Below are positions 1 through 9,744 of a DNA stretch of 64,000 nucleotides, in pieces. The stretch covers positions 6,545-70,544 of the forward strand of contig CAMASG010000001.1 of the NCBI GenBank assembly GCA_945860945.1. The letters run 5' to 3'. Source of the DNA: Akkermansia muciniphila. GTDB lineage: Bacteria > Verrucomicrobiota > Verrucomicrobiia > Limisphaerales > SIAT01. The translations under genes and the position numbers were made by a program. The notes below the pieces were generated by a model. That model saw only the letters and a program-made list of their open reading frames with translations. It was not told where the DNA came from and searched no databases. Numbering within the stretch: the stretch's first letter is position 1; the number at the start of each line of letters is the position of its first letter.

Positions 1-1
1 G

Positions 2-367
2 TCGGCGTTCTACGCCGTCATCGAGAAGGCCACAAAGAAGTTTCCGAACGTCAAGGCCGTCGCCACCACGCTGCGGGAAGTCCACTCCACCAACCGCCAC
101 ACGTGGGGCGCGGTCGCGTGGGTGAACGGCAAGACCTACCAGTCCCCCATGTGCGAACTGGACGTCGTGGACCGTGTCGGCGGCGGCGACGGCTACGCGG
201 CGGGCTTCTTCTACGGACTGCTCTCGGGCGCGAGCGAACAGGAAGCCGTGAACCTCGGCTGGGCGCACGGCGCGCTGATCACCACCTTCCCCGGCGACAC
301 GACGATGGCGACGGTGGAACAAGTGAAGTCGCTGTCGAAGGGCGGCTCCGCGCGTATCCAGCGTTAA
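2..367 (+). CDS. PfkB-family sugar kinase, 2-keto-3-deoxygluconate kinase-like (C-terminal part; 5' end outside window)
   Basis: The frame stays open from the window edge. The C-terminal motif DRVGGGDGYAAGFFYGLL is typical of ribokinase/PfkB kinases of the KdgK type. Confidence 0.8.
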   Translation, partial: SAFYAVIEKATKKFPNVKAVATTLREVHSTNRHTWGAVAWVNGKTYQSPMCELDVVDRVGGGDGYAAGFFYGLLSGASEQEAVNLGWAHGALITTFPGDTTMATVEQVKSLSKGGSARIQR

Positions 368-432
368 GGGCGAAATGCCGCAACGACAAGAGCACCAACG
401 GCGTCACGATCATCGACGACCGCGACGGCAAC

Positions 433-732
433 ATGCGCAACGACATCTACGCGATGAGCAACGATCCTGCGAAGAAAGCCGACCGCGCCAAGCTTCTCGT
501 CGGCCGCAGCGTCACCTATCCTGCGAAGATCGAGACCGGCAAGTGGTACACCCTCGTCGTCGAGACTGTCGGCGACGCGATGCGCGTGACCATTGATGGC
601 AAGCCCGCCGGTTACCTCAAATCCTCCGGCATCGCCCACGCCACGAAGTCGAAGATCGAGCTCGGTGTCGCGCGCAAAGACGGCTTCTTCGACGACATCA
701 AGGTCTGGAACGCGGAGCCGGCCAACCCGTAA
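433..732 (+). CDS. short LamG/DUF1080-like (concanavalin-type) domain fragment, possibly a truncated gene
   Basis: The C-terminal sequence GKWYTLVVETVGDAMRVTIDGKPAGY...FDDIKVWNAEP resembles the last strands of DUF1080/LamG jelly-roll proteins. The first in-frame ATG after the upstream kinase stop is at 433, leaving only 99 codons. Confidence 0.35.
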   Translation: MRNDIYAMSNDPAKKADRAKLLVGRSVTYPAKIETGKWYTLVVETVGDAMRVTIDGKPAGYLKSSGIAHATKSKIELGVARKDGFFDDIKVWNAEPANP

Positions 733-760
733 CACACTGCAGGTTTCGAATTCGGAAAAG

Positions 761-793
761 AAAAACGCCCGTCACCAAGAGGTGCGGGCGTTT
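761..793. terminator. bidirectional rho-independent terminator between convergent genes
   Basis: Hairpin CGCCCG(T)CACC-AAGA-GGTGCGGGCG, flanked by an A-run upstream and TTT downstream. Confidence 0.6.
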
Positions 794-832
794 AATTGTT
801 TAGGGCTCGCGGAACTTAACGTTCCAGCAAAC

Positions 833-2305
833 TTACACGTTGTACGTACTCGAGCTGGTGGTGCCGCCGCGGCCGGTCCAGTTGGTGTGGAAGAATTCGC
901 CGCGCGGCTTGTCGATGCGCTCGTAGGTGTGCGCGCCGAAGTAGTCGCGCTGGGCTTGCAGCAGGTTTGCCGGCAACACAGCGCTGCGATATTGGTCGTA
1001 GAAATTCAACGCCGTGCTGAAGGCGGGGGCGGGGATGCCTTTCTTTGCGGCGGTCGCCACGATGTGGCGCCAGCCTTTCTGGGCCTTCTTGATCTCGCCG
1101 CGGAAGTAGTCGTCGAGCAGCAGATTCGCGAGCTTGGGATTCTTGTCGTAGGCGTCCTTGATCTTGCTGAGGAAGGCGCTGCGGATGATACAGCCGCCGC
1201 GCCACATGAGGGCGATGCCGCCGTAGTTGAGGGTCCAGCCGTATTCCTTGGCAGCGGCGCGCATGAGCATGTAGCCCTGCGCGTAGCTGATGATCTTGGA
1301 GCAGTAGAGCGCGTCGCGGATGTCGGCGATGAACTGCTTCTTCTTGGCGGGGTTGGAAACAATGCTGGTGAGGGTCGGGCGCGGGCCTTTCAGCTTGCGT
1401 GCGCCTTTGACGCGTTCGTCCTTCAACGCGGAGACGCAGCGGGAATACACCGCCTCGGCCATCAAGGTGATGGGGATGCCGAGTTCCTGGGAGTTGATGA
1501 CGGTCCATTTGCCGGTGCCTTTCTGGCCGGCGGTGTCGAGAATCTTGTCCACGAGCGGGGAGCCGTCTTCGTCTTTCTTGGCGAGAATATCGCGGCTGAT
1601 CTCGATGAGGTAGCTGTCGAGGACGCCGGTGTTCCACTCCTTCAAAACCTCGTGCATCTCGTCGGCGCTCATGCCGAGGCCGCTCTTCATGATGTTGTAG
1701 GCTTCGCAGATGAGCTGCATGTCGCCGTACTCGATGCCGTTGTGAACCATCTTCACGTAATGGCCCGCGCCTTGTTCGCCGACCCAGTCACAGCACGGTG
1801 CGCCGCCATCGACTTTCGCGGAGATGGCTTGGAAAATATCCTTCACGTGCGGCCAAGCCTTGGACGAGCCACCGGGCATGATGCTCGGGCCGCGGCGCGC
1901 GCCTTCTTCGCCACCCGAGACGCCCGTGCCGATGAAGAGAAGCCCCTTACTCTCGCAATATTTCACGCGACGGCTGGTGTCATCGAAAAGCGAGTTGCCG
2001 CCATCAATGATGATGTCGCCGGCTTCGAGGTGCGGGACAAGTTGCTCGATGAATTCGTCCACGGCCTTGCCGGCCTTGACGAGCATCATCACGCGGCGGG
2101 GGCTCTTGAGATTCTTCACCATCTCTTCGATGGAGTGCGCGCCGATGACCTTGGTGCCCTTGGCCTCGTTGGCGAGGAAGTGGTCCACCTTTTCCACGGT
2201 GCGGTTGTAGGCCACGACCGTGAAGCCGTGGTCGTTCATATTCAGGATGAGATTCTGGCCCATCACGGCCAGACCAATGAGTGCGATGTCGCCTTTAGGT
2301 TCCAT
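833..2305 (-). CDS. gnd: 6-phosphogluconate dehydrogenase, decarboxylating
   Basis: 490 aa. N-terminal IGLAVMGQNLILNM Rossmann motif and full-length similarity to Gnd (GIEYGDMQLI, WTLNYGGIALMWRGGCIIRS). Confidence 0.95.
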   Translation of the reverse strand: MEPKGDIALIGLAVMGQNLILNMNDHGFTVVAYNRTVEKVDHFLANEAKGTKVIGAHSIEEMVKNLKSPRRVMMLVKAGKAVDEFIEQLVPHLEAGDIIIDGGNSLFDDTSRRVKYCESKGLLFIGTGVSGGEEGARRGPSIMPGGSSKAWPHVKDIFQAISAKVDGGAPCCDWVGEQGAGHYVKMVHNGIEYGDMQLICEAYNIMKSGLGMSADEMHEVLKEWNTGVLDSYLIEISRDILAKKDEDGSPLVDKILDTAGQKGTGKWTVINSQELGIPITLMAEAVYSRCVSALKDERVKGARKLKGPRPTLTSIVSNPAKKKQFIADIRDALYCSKIISYAQGYMLMRAAAKEYGWTLNYGGIALMWRGGCIIRSAFLSKIKDAYDKNPKLANLLLDDYFRGEIKKAQKGWRHIVATAAKKGIPAPAFSTALNFYDQYRSAVLPANLLQAQRDYFGAHTYERIDKPRGEFFHTNWTGRGGTTSSSTYNV

Positions 2306-2422
2306 AAAATTGCGCCCGAACGGGCAAAACAGGCGCTTACGATACCGAAGCAGTCCGGAGTCGCCAGCGAATTTTTCTCAACGAAAGGATGAGCGGAACG
2401 ACGCTCTGCGCGACCGGTCGGC

Positions 2423-2923
2423 TCAATGCTTGAACTGGAGCCGCGCGTCGTTCTCCAAGAGAGTTTGCAGGTTCTGCCACGCGGCGCCGTTCATCGAGTT
2501 GAAGGCGTGCAGATAGACCACGACGACTTCCTGCGAATGCTTCGCGAGGAGCGCATCCACTGCGCTGGCGAGCTTGGCATCCTCCATCGAGGGCGGAAGA
2601 TCTTCGACGACGCCGTCTTTGTGCGCGATGCCGAGCGCATTCAGGAAATCAACGAGCACAGCGGACTGATGACGCACGAGCCAGCCGCGGAGCAGTCCGC
2701 TGGAAGCCTCCTCCATCATTGGGCGCGCGAGGGTGGCGGCCATCGCCTTGTGGCGTTCTTTGCGAGGTTGCCGCTCGAGGAAGAGGGGGCGGACGTGCTT
2801 GGACTGCGCCACGGAGTTGAGTGCCGCGCGATACACCTCACGGTTGTCAACGTAGGTGACGTCGAGAATCTGGTGGGACAAGTCCGGCGACATAAAGCCG
2901 AACAGTTCATGGGCGGTCAGCAT
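2423..2923 (-). CDS. hypothetical protein
   Basis: 166-aa ORF lying between lpxI and gnd on the same strand. Codon usage looks coding, but I recognise no motif. Confidence 0.55.
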   Translation of the reverse strand: MLTAHELFGFMSPDLSHQILDVTYVDNREVYRAALNSVAQSKHVRPLFLERQPRKERHKAMAATLARPMMEEASSGLLRGWLVRHQSAVLVDFLNALGIAHKDGVVEDLPPSMEDAKLASAVDALLAKHSQEVVVVYLHAFNSMNGAAWQNLQTLLENDARLQFKH

Positions 2924-2950
2924 AGGTGCAACTTTGTGCCGGTTCGCGGC

Positions 2951-3769
2951 TCAACCGACGGTGGTGACGGCGATCTTCTGTTCGCGCGCGAGCCGTTCCA
3001 CCTGCTCGCGTTCGAGGATCAAGGTGCGGCCCGCTTCCACCGCCAGCACGGCGATTTTCACGGCGGCGCAGATTTCCAAGGTTTGCGCGCCGAGGCAAGG
3101 AATATCGAAGCGCAGGTCGTGGCCCGCCTTCGCGACTTTCACCGCCACCGCGCCGCCTTTGCCGGCCAGCTCGCCGCCGCGCGTGAGGCATTTGTCCGTG
3201 CCCTCAAAACCCTCGACGGCTAGGACCGTGCCGTCCTTCACCACCACAGTCTGGCCGATTTCGAGCTGCGCGATCTCCTTCGCGATGCGAAAGCCGAACT
3301 CCACATCCGCCCGCTGCGCGTCGGTGAGCTTCGGGCCGAGATGGAATCCAGTAGCGGCCATCGCCGGCTGCAGCCACGGTGAGGCTTCAATCAAGTCCAC
3401 GCCGTCCTTTTTCAATTCATCGGCGATGGCGCCGAAGATGGAGTGGGCGTTTTTCTCCTTCAGCCGGAAAAGCATCGTCACCGCGCGGAGGTCGGGGCGG
3501 AGGTCGAAGAGATTCTTGGGCGCAATCTGGCCGACCATTACACAGCGTGTGACGCCGCGCTCGGTGAAAGCCTCAATCAACCGCGAGAGTTGGCCGACCT
3601 TGAGCCAGACGATATCGTCCACGAGCGACGCGAGCGCGGGATCCGTCTCGCCCTCGAAAGCGACAGCGACGAGGTGCTTCACACCCGCGGCGCGCGCCTC
3701 GCGTGCGAAGAGCAGCGGCAGCGAGCGGTTACCAGCGATGAGGCCGAGGGATTCGTTGCGATCGGTCAC
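2951..3769 (-). CDS. lpxI: UDP-2,3-diacylglucosamine pyrophosphatase LpxI (DUF1009 family)
   Basis: 272 aa. LGLIAGNRSLPLL N-terminus, GQTVVVKDGTVLAVEGFEGTD and DIPCLG motifs characteristic of LpxI. Confidence 0.85.
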   Translation of the reverse strand: MTDRNESLGLIAGNRSLPLLFAREARAAGVKHLVAVAFEGETDPALASLVDDIVWLKVGQLSRLIEAFTERGVTRCVMVGQIAPKNLFDLRPDLRAVTMLFRLKEKNAHSIFGAIADELKKDGVDLIEASPWLQPAMAATGFHLGPKLTDAQRADVEFGFRIAKEIAQLEIGQTVVVKDGTVLAVEGFEGTDKCLTRGGELAGKGGAVAVKVAKAGHDLRFDIPCLGAQTLEICAAVKIAVLAVEAGRTLILEREQVERLAREQKIAVTTVG

Positions 3770-3871
3770 TGCCCAAGATTAGCAAGCGCGTCGGAACTTG
3801 TCAGCGGCCAAGTGCGACAGGTGGGACGCCTTCGTTGTTTTTGTTTGAGAGAGAGAGGGATTTCAGTTTTG

Positions 3872-4699
3872 ATGCGGGCCGTTTCACAGATGAGTGCATC
3901 GCCTCCAATCGCTCTCGCCATCGCCGCTCATCCGGACGACATCGAGTTCGGCATGGCGGGCACGTTGCTTCAGCTTCAGCGGCGCGGGTGGGAGATTCAT
4001 TGTTTCAACCTTTCCACGGGCAACTGCGGGAGCATGGAGATGAGCCCATCGCGCACGCGCGCGGTGCGGCGGCGGGAAGCGCAGGCGGCAGCGCGGATTC
4101 TCGGCGCGCAGTGGCACGCGCCAATCGCCGATGATTTGGAGATTCTCTACACGGTGCCGGCGCTGCGGCGCGTGGCGGCGGTGGTGCGCGCGGTGAAGCC
4201 CTCGATCGTGCTCACGCATTCGCCGCAGGATTACATGGAGGACCACATGAACACCTGCCGACTGGCGGTGACGGCGGCCTTCGCGCACGGGATACCGAAC
4301 TTCCGCACGACACCTTCGCGCGGGCCCTTTAATCACGACGTCACGGTGTATCACGCGATGCCGCACGGCCTGCGAGATGGTTTGCGCCAAGCCGTCGTTC
4401 CCAGCGCGTTCGTGAACACGACGGCGGTACACGCGACCAAGCTCGCCGCGCTCGCTTGTCACAAGAGTCAGCAGGGGTGGCTGGATGCGAGTCAGGGGAT
4501 GAACTCCTACTTGGCGGCGATGGAGGAGATGTCGGCTGAATTGGGCCGGATGTCGAAACGGTTCGCGCACGCCGAAGGTTGGCGGCGGCATCTGCATCTC
4601 GGTTTTTCCGCGACGGAGAGCGACCCTTTGTCCGCGGCTTTGGGAAAAGATTTCATCGAGAACAAAAAATACGAGGCGGCGCTTCGGTCCAGCCGCTGA
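3872..4699 (+). CDS. PIG-L/LmbE-family N-acetylglucosaminyl deacetylase
   Basis: AIAAHPDDIEFGMAGTLL motif (AHPDD). The start is set at ATG 3872 (alternative 3890) because the longer track ORF from 3443 overlaps lpxI antisense. Confidence 0.85.
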   Translation: MRAVSQMSASPPIALAIAAHPDDIEFGMAGTLLQLQRRGWEIHCFNLSTGNCGSMEMSPSRTRAVRRREAQAAARILGAQWHAPIADDLEILYTVPALRRVAAVVRAVKPSIVLTHSPQDYMEDHMNTCRLAVTAAFAHGIPNFRTTPSRGPFNHDVTVYHAMPHGLRDGLRQAVVPSAFVNTTAVHATKLAALACHKSQQGWLDASQGMNSYLAAMEEMSAELGRMSKRFAHAEGWRRHLHLGFSATESDPLSAALGKDFIENKKYEAALRSSR

Positions 4700-4729
4700 G
4701 ATTCAAGCCATCAAACCAAACCACTGATT

Positions 4730-5659
4730 ATGTCACGCAAACTCAGCCCGCTCGCCCCCGGTTGGTGGGATTACACCACCCTCGACACGGGAATCATCGA
4801 GGCCGCCGCTCGGTTGACGCCGGAGAAGTTGCTGAAGCTTTCGCGGCCCGGTTTCAAGGTCGTGTTCCACGAGACGCTGGAGGAATTCTACTGCGCCGAG
4901 GCGCTGGAATATATCAACGCGTGGAAGCAGGCGACGCCGGATAATCCGGCGGGGGTCTGCGGGCCGATCGGCCCGACAGAGCAACTGCCGCTCGTGGCGC
5001 GGATGGTGAACGAGATGGGACTGAAGCTGCACGACTCGCATTTCTGGGGCATGGACGAGTGGGTCGTCGGCGACAAGGAAGTGCCGGTGACGCATCCGCT
5101 TTCCTTCGAACGCTGCGACCGAGAGTTGTGCTTCAACCGGATTGACCGAAAGCTCGTGATGCCGGACGCGAACCTGCATTTCCCAAAGGCCGACACGCGC
5201 GATTACCGCGCCAGTTGGTCGGGCGCTCGCTGCGTGGTGATGCAGGGCGGGCAGGGGGATATCAAGCACTGGGCTTTCAATGATCCGGTGCCGAGGAAGG
5301 GCAAATTCAAGGACGCGCCGCCCTCGCCGGCCGAGTATCGCAAGCTCGCCACGCGCGTGGTGGATTTGCATCCGGTGACGATCGCGCAGAACGCGCGCAC
5401 CAGTGGCGGCGGGAATGTGACGCTCGTGCCGACGCAGGCAATCACCGTCGGCCCAGTGGAGACGTGGCAGGCGGAGAAGGTTTCCATCTGGCAGGCGGGC
5501 AGTCACGACAACCCGTTCGGCCAGCGGTTGACGGCCTTCATGATCTCGCAGCGCATCATGGACAGCGCGGTGCCGATGTCGCTGCTGGCCGATCACCCGA
5601 ACGTGCAGTTCAACTACTATCGCAAAGGCATCGGCACCTGCGCGGTGGAGATGCACTGA
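4730..5659 (+). CDS. glucosamine-6-phosphate deaminase/6-phosphogluconolactonase-family (NagB-like) protein
   Basis: 309 aa. GPIGPTEQ and FWGMDEW correspond to the NagB G-x-T-P and N-x-DE-[YW] blocks. The C-terminus is longer than in canonical NagB. Confidence 0.7.
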   Translation: MSRKLSPLAPGWWDYTTLDTGIIEAAARLTPEKLLKLSRPGFKVVFHETLEEFYCAEALEYINAWKQATPDNPAGVCGPIGPTEQLPLVARMVNEMGLKLHDSHFWGMDEWVVGDKEVPVTHPLSFERCDRELCFNRIDRKLVMPDANLHFPKADTRDYRASWSGARCVVMQGGQGDIKHWAFNDPVPRKGKFKDAPPSPAEYRKLATRVVDLHPVTIAQNARTSGGGNVTLVPTQAITVGPVETWQAEKVSIWQAGSHDNPFGQRLTAFMISQRIMDSAVPMSLLADHPNVQFNYYRKGIGTCAVEMH

Positions 5660-5698
5660 GTCGCTGAACCGCGTCGGGGGTAACGCGAGGCAGCGGCG

Positions 5699-7177
5699 TT
5701 ATTCCGCCGCCAGTTTGCGCAGCTCGGTCTTGAGAATTTTGCCGGTGGCGTTGCGAGGCAGAGCGGGGAGAAAGCGTACCTGCCGCGGCACCTTGTAATC
5801 GGCGAGACGTTCACGAACAAATCCGAGCAACGCCTTTTCATCCAGCGCAGCGCCTTCGGTTGCGGATACGAAGGCGAGCGGTTGTTCGCCGCGCCGCGTG
5901 TCGGGCACGCCGATGACCGCGGCTTCTTTCACGCCAGGAAACTGGTAGAGGATTTCCTCAATCTCTCGCGGATACACATTGATGCCGTTGACGAGCAACA
6001 TGTCTTTCTTGCGATCGGTGATGAAGAAGTAATTGTCCGTGTCGCGATGGCCGATGTCGCCCGTGCGCAGCCAACTGTCGGTGATTGCCTTCGCGGTTTC
6101 TTCCGGCTGATTCCAGTAGCCGAGCATCACGTTGCCGCCGCGCACGCAGATTTCGCCAGTCTCGCCGGCGGCGAGATGATGCCCTGCATCGTTCTGCACA
6201 CACACCTCGACGTTTTGAATCGGCACGCCGATGGAGCCGGCCTTCTGCGGTCCGGCGAGCGGGTTCAACGAAACCACGGGACTGGCTTCGCTCAAGCCGT
6301 AACCTTCGATGAGCGGGATGGACATCTTCGCGCTGAACTCGCGCAAAATCTCCGCCGGCAACGGCGCGCCGCCGCTGATACAGACGCGCAGCGGAAAGTC
6401 CGAACCTGTTTCCACCCCTGCGAGCGTGCGGAAGAATTGCGGCACAGCCGGCAAGATTGTTGCGCGCCGCCGTACGATTTCCGCGAGGATGTTCTTTGCC
6501 GGATGCAGCGAGCGCATCACCACCATCGCGCAGCCGGTCAGGAGCGGGAGCAGCACTCCCACCGTCATCATGAAGCTGTGGAACATCGGCAACAGCACCA
6601 CGAAGCGATCCTGTGCATTCGCGTTCAGCGCCACGCGGCAGCTCGCTACGTTGTGCAACAGATTGCCATGCGAGAGCATCGCGCCTTTCGGCCGGCCGGT
6701 GGTGCCCGAGGTGTAAATCAGAACAGCCAAGTCGTCTGTCTCGCGAGCGGGCGAAATGAATTCTGTCGCGTCCGTTGCTTGTGCAAATTCCTCGATTTGC
6801 ACAACGCGTAGTCCGGGGCGCAACGCGATGAGATTCGGCAGCGTTTCAGCCATTGCTGCGTCGGTGATGAGCACGTTTACGCCCGCGTCATTCAGAATGT
6901 GGGCGACCTCGTCCGGCTTCAGGAAGTTATTAATCGGCACCACTACGCCGCCGGCTGTCAGTACACCAAAGTAGGAAGGGACAAACTCGGGACAATTCTT
7001 CAGCCACAGCGCCACGCGGTCGCTGGGTTGCACATTGAAATCCCGCACCAGTCGCGCTGCCAGCCAACGCGTTTGCACGTGGAGCCGTGCATAGGTGAAT
7101 TCATCGTCGCCCCAGAAGAGCGCAATCTTGTCCGCATGGTTATGCGTGGATTGGGTGAAAGCGACGGCAAGATTCAT
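5699..7177 (-). CDS. AMP-dependent acyl-CoA synthetase (long-chain fatty acid-CoA ligase-like)
   Basis: IYTSGTTGRPKGAMLSH AMP-binding motif, plus GYGLSE, TGDIG and the C-terminal LPRNATGKILK. The start is chosen at the internal ATG (MNLAVAF...). Confidence 0.9.
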   Translation of the reverse strand: MNLAVAFTQSTHNHADKIALFWGDDEFTYARLHVQTRWLAARLVRDFNVQPSDRVALWLKNCPEFVPSYFGVLTAGGVVVPINNFLKPDEVAHILNDAGVNVLITDAAMAETLPNLIALRPGLRVVQIEEFAQATDATEFISPARETDDLAVLIYTSGTTGRPKGAMLSHGNLLHNVASCRVALNANAQDRFVVLLPMFHSFMMTVGVLLPLLTGCAMVVMRSLHPAKNILAEIVRRRATILPAVPQFFRTLAGVETGSDFPLRVCISGGAPLPAEILREFSAKMSIPLIEGYGLSEASPVVSLNPLAGPQKAGSIGVPIQNVEVCVQNDAGHHLAAGETGEICVRGGNVMLGYWNQPEETAKAITDSWLRTGDIGHRDTDNYFFITDRKKDMLLVNGINVYPREIEEILYQFPGVKEAAVIGVPDTRRGEQPLAFVSATEGAALDEKALLGFVRERLADYKVPRQVRFLPALPRNATGKILKTELRKLAAE

Positions 7178-7315
7178 CACGCGAGATGATAAGGGCAGCC
7201 GATTGGGTGCAAAGGGCAAAATGAAGCCGTTTGAGGGGTGTAAATGTAGAAATTTGAGCTGCAGAACGCATATTTCGGCATTTGTGCTTTCATCACTCGA
7301 CGCCGCGGCCACTTT

Positions 7316-8398
7316 GTGTTTAAGCTCTGCAACGTGCTAGATACTCAGCACCAGCTTGAGGAGCTGCTTCCCCGGTTACGCCACTCTCCATGGATGGCGA
7401 TTGATACCGAGGCCGATTCCTTGCACGCATATCCCGAGAAGCTTTGCCTCATCCAGATTAGCTATCCGGGGCACGATGTGCTGGTCGACCCGCTCGCTGC
7501 TATCGACCTCGCCCCGTTCTTCGCCGAGTTAGCTGGTCGCGAGTTGGTGATGCACGGATCGGATTACGACCTTCGCCTTTTCCGTCGCTACCACAACTTC
7601 ATTCCTCACGCTGTCTTCGACACGATGATTGCTGCGCGGTTGCTCGGTTGCCGTAAGTTCGGTCTCTCCGATCTGCTTGCGGAATTCCTCGGCGTCACTT
7701 TGGACAAAGGTCCGCAGAAAGCGAACTGGGCACGTCGTCCGTTGACCGACCGGATGGAAAGCTACGCCCGCAACGACACGCGTCATCTGCAGCCTTTGGT
7801 GGACTCGCTCCGCGCGCGGTTAGAAGAGAAGGGGCGCCTCGCGTGGGTGAAAGAGAGCTGCGCCCAACTCGTGCGCGATTGCGCTCACGGCGAGGAGGCC
7901 AATCCTGATTTGGTCTGGCGCGTGAAAGGCGCATCCAAACTCACGCGTAAAGGGCTCGCCGTCGTGCGAGAGATTTGGCGGTGGCGTGAAGCAGAGGCCA
8001 TCGAACATAACAAGCCGCCGTTCTTCATGCTCGCCCACGAGGTGATGACGGCTCTAGCCGACACAGCCACGCACGATCATCCCTTCGAACCGCACATTCC
8101 GCGGCATCTCACCCCGCGTCGTCGGCAGGGGTTGATTGAAGCCATCCAGCGTGCGATTGCTTTGCCTCATGCCGAGTGGCCGCACCCGCTGCCGTTGCCG
8201 CCGCGCCGATACCAGACCGAAGCTCAGAAACGCCGGATGGAGGAACTGACCCACCGCCGCGATCATCACGCGCGGGAGTTGGACATCGACCCCACCGTCA
8301 TCGCCAGTCGCTCCACTCTCGTGGAGTTGGCCGAGGATTGGGACACGACCAACGGTCGCCTGCTGTTGCGTTGGCAGCGGGATTTATTGAGCTTCTAG
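7316..8398 (+). CDS. rnd: ribonuclease D (DEDDy 3'-5' exonuclease + HRDC)
   Basis: MAIDTEADSLH, HGSDYDLRLF and YARNDTRHL exonuclease motifs. GTG start at 7316; a later start is possible. Confidence 0.85.
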   Translation: MFKLCNVLDTQHQLEELLPRLRHSPWMAIDTEADSLHAYPEKLCLIQISYPGHDVLVDPLAAIDLAPFFAELAGRELVMHGSDYDLRLFRRYHNFIPHAVFDTMIAARLLGCRKFGLSDLLAEFLGVTLDKGPQKANWARRPLTDRMESYARNDTRHLQPLVDSLRARLEEKGRLAWVKESCAQLVRDCAHGEEANPDLVWRVKGASKLTRKGLAVVREIWRWREAEAIEHNKPPFFMLAHEVMTALADTATHDHPFEPHIPRHLTPRRRQGLIEAIQRAIALPHAEWPHPLPLPPRRYQTEAQKRRMEELTHRRDHHARELDIDPTVIASRSTLVELAEDWDTTNGRLLLRWQRDLLSF

Positions 8399-8487
8399 CT
8401 TAATTGTTGGCAACTGTCGGCGTGCGCAAGTTCGCTGCCGATTGCTCGCCGAAACCCTTCCGGTCTTCTTTCCATTCTTGGAAAAAC

Positions 8488-9690
8488 TTACCGCACCAAT
8501 TCGTAGGCGAAGCCTTTGAGGTATCCGGTTTCAGGAATGGCGGGGAGAATCGGGTGGTCGGGGCTTTGGTTGTAGCTGGCGACGCGGCGCAGGAGACGGT
8601 GAGTGTCCTTGGCGGCGTCCATGATCGCAGCCTCGAACAGAACGGCGTCGACGTGATGCGAGCAGCAGAAGGTAGCGAGCACACCGCCGGGGCGGAGAAG
8701 TTTGAGGGCGCGGAGATGAATCTCTTTGTAACCGCGCATGGCGTCAGGTACGGAGGCGCGATTGCGAGTGAAGGAGGGCGGATCGAGGATGATCAGGTCG
8801 TAGCGCGGAATCACCTTCTCGTGCGGCGCGACGGCGGTTTTGGCTTTGAGCCAGTCGAAGACGTTCGCCTGCTCGAATGTGCATCGATCGGTGAGCCCGT
8901 TGCTGGCGGCAATGGCCGTGGCAGCGGCGATGGCGTCGGCGGATTGGTCGATGCCGACCACGCTGGCCGCTCCCGCGCGCGCGGCGTGCAGCGCGAATCC
9001 TCCGAGGAAACTGAAGCAGTCGAGCACTTGCGCGCCTTTCGCGAAGCGCGCGACCAGCTCGTAATTCATCTGCTGATCGAGATAAAGGCCGGTCTTGTGG
9101 CCGGCCACGAGGTTCACGGTGAACTTTAATCCGTTGAGCGAGATGGGCAGGGGGCCTTCATGCGCGCCGGCGAGAAGTCCGTTGGCCTCCGGCAATCCTT
9201 CGAACTTACGCGACGCGATGTCGTTCCGCTCGATGATGGCGCGAGGTTTGAAGATTTTCTGAAGCGCGGTGACAATCATGTCCTTCCGCAAATCCATTCC
9301 GAGCGCGGAGGTTTGCACGACGAGGACGTCCTCGTATTTATCCACGATCAAGCCACTGAGCAGATCGCTCTCGGCGTTGACGACGCGGAAGGAAGTCGCC
9401 GTCGGCATATAGCGCTGGCGCACCGCGAGCGCGGCGCGGATACGTTCCTCGAAGAACTGCGTGTCCAGTTCCACGCGGTCGTGCGTGAGCATGCGGACGT
9501 TGATCTTCGATTTGGAATTGTAGAAACCGGCGCCGAGAAGACGTTGACGATGATCCTTCACCTGCACCAAGTCGCCGTCGTTGGCAGGCGTGGCGAGGCG
9601 TTGGATGGAGCCGTGGTAAACCCACGGATGGCCGGAGAGAATCCGGTCAGCTTCGCCGGGGCGAACAATAACGGTGGACAATACTTTCAT
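8488..9690 (-). CDS. rlmI: 23S rRNA (cytosine-C5) methyltransferase RlmI-type (PUA + class I SAM MTase)
   Basis: 400 aa. N-terminal PUA-like segment GHPWVY, then the VLDCFSFLGGFA SAM-binding block and the DLIILDPPSF motif. Confidence 0.85.
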   Translation of the reverse strand: MKVLSTVIVRPGEADRILSGHPWVYHGSIQRLATPANDGDLVQVKDHRQRLLGAGFYNSKSKINVRMLTHDRVELDTQFFEERIRAALAVRQRYMPTATSFRVVNAESDLLSGLIVDKYEDVLVVQTSALGMDLRKDMIVTALQKIFKPRAIIERNDIASRKFEGLPEANGLLAGAHEGPLPISLNGLKFTVNLVAGHKTGLYLDQQMNYELVARFAKGAQVLDCFSFLGGFALHAARAGAASVVGIDQSADAIAAATAIAASNGLTDRCTFEQANVFDWLKAKTAVAPHEKVIPRYDLIILDPPSFTRNRASVPDAMRGYKEIHLRALKLLRPGGVLATFCCSHHVDAVLFEAAIMDAAKDTHRLLRRVASYNQSPDHPILPAIPETGYLKGFAYELVR

Positions 9691-9744
9691 AGTGGTTTGT
9701 AAACAGGGGCTGGGAGCGGCCCGACGAGGAACGGCGGTTTGGCC

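Noticed and set aside
3443-3871. Long N-terminal extensions offered by the track for the PIG-L gene (from 3443). Similar cases: the OYE gene (from 33629), the ArsS-like gene (to 39480) and nadE (from 16772)
   Set aside because: The extensions overlap neighbouring well-supported genes and have low-complexity, Arg-rich translations. The conserved protein N-termini begin at the internal starts that I chose.
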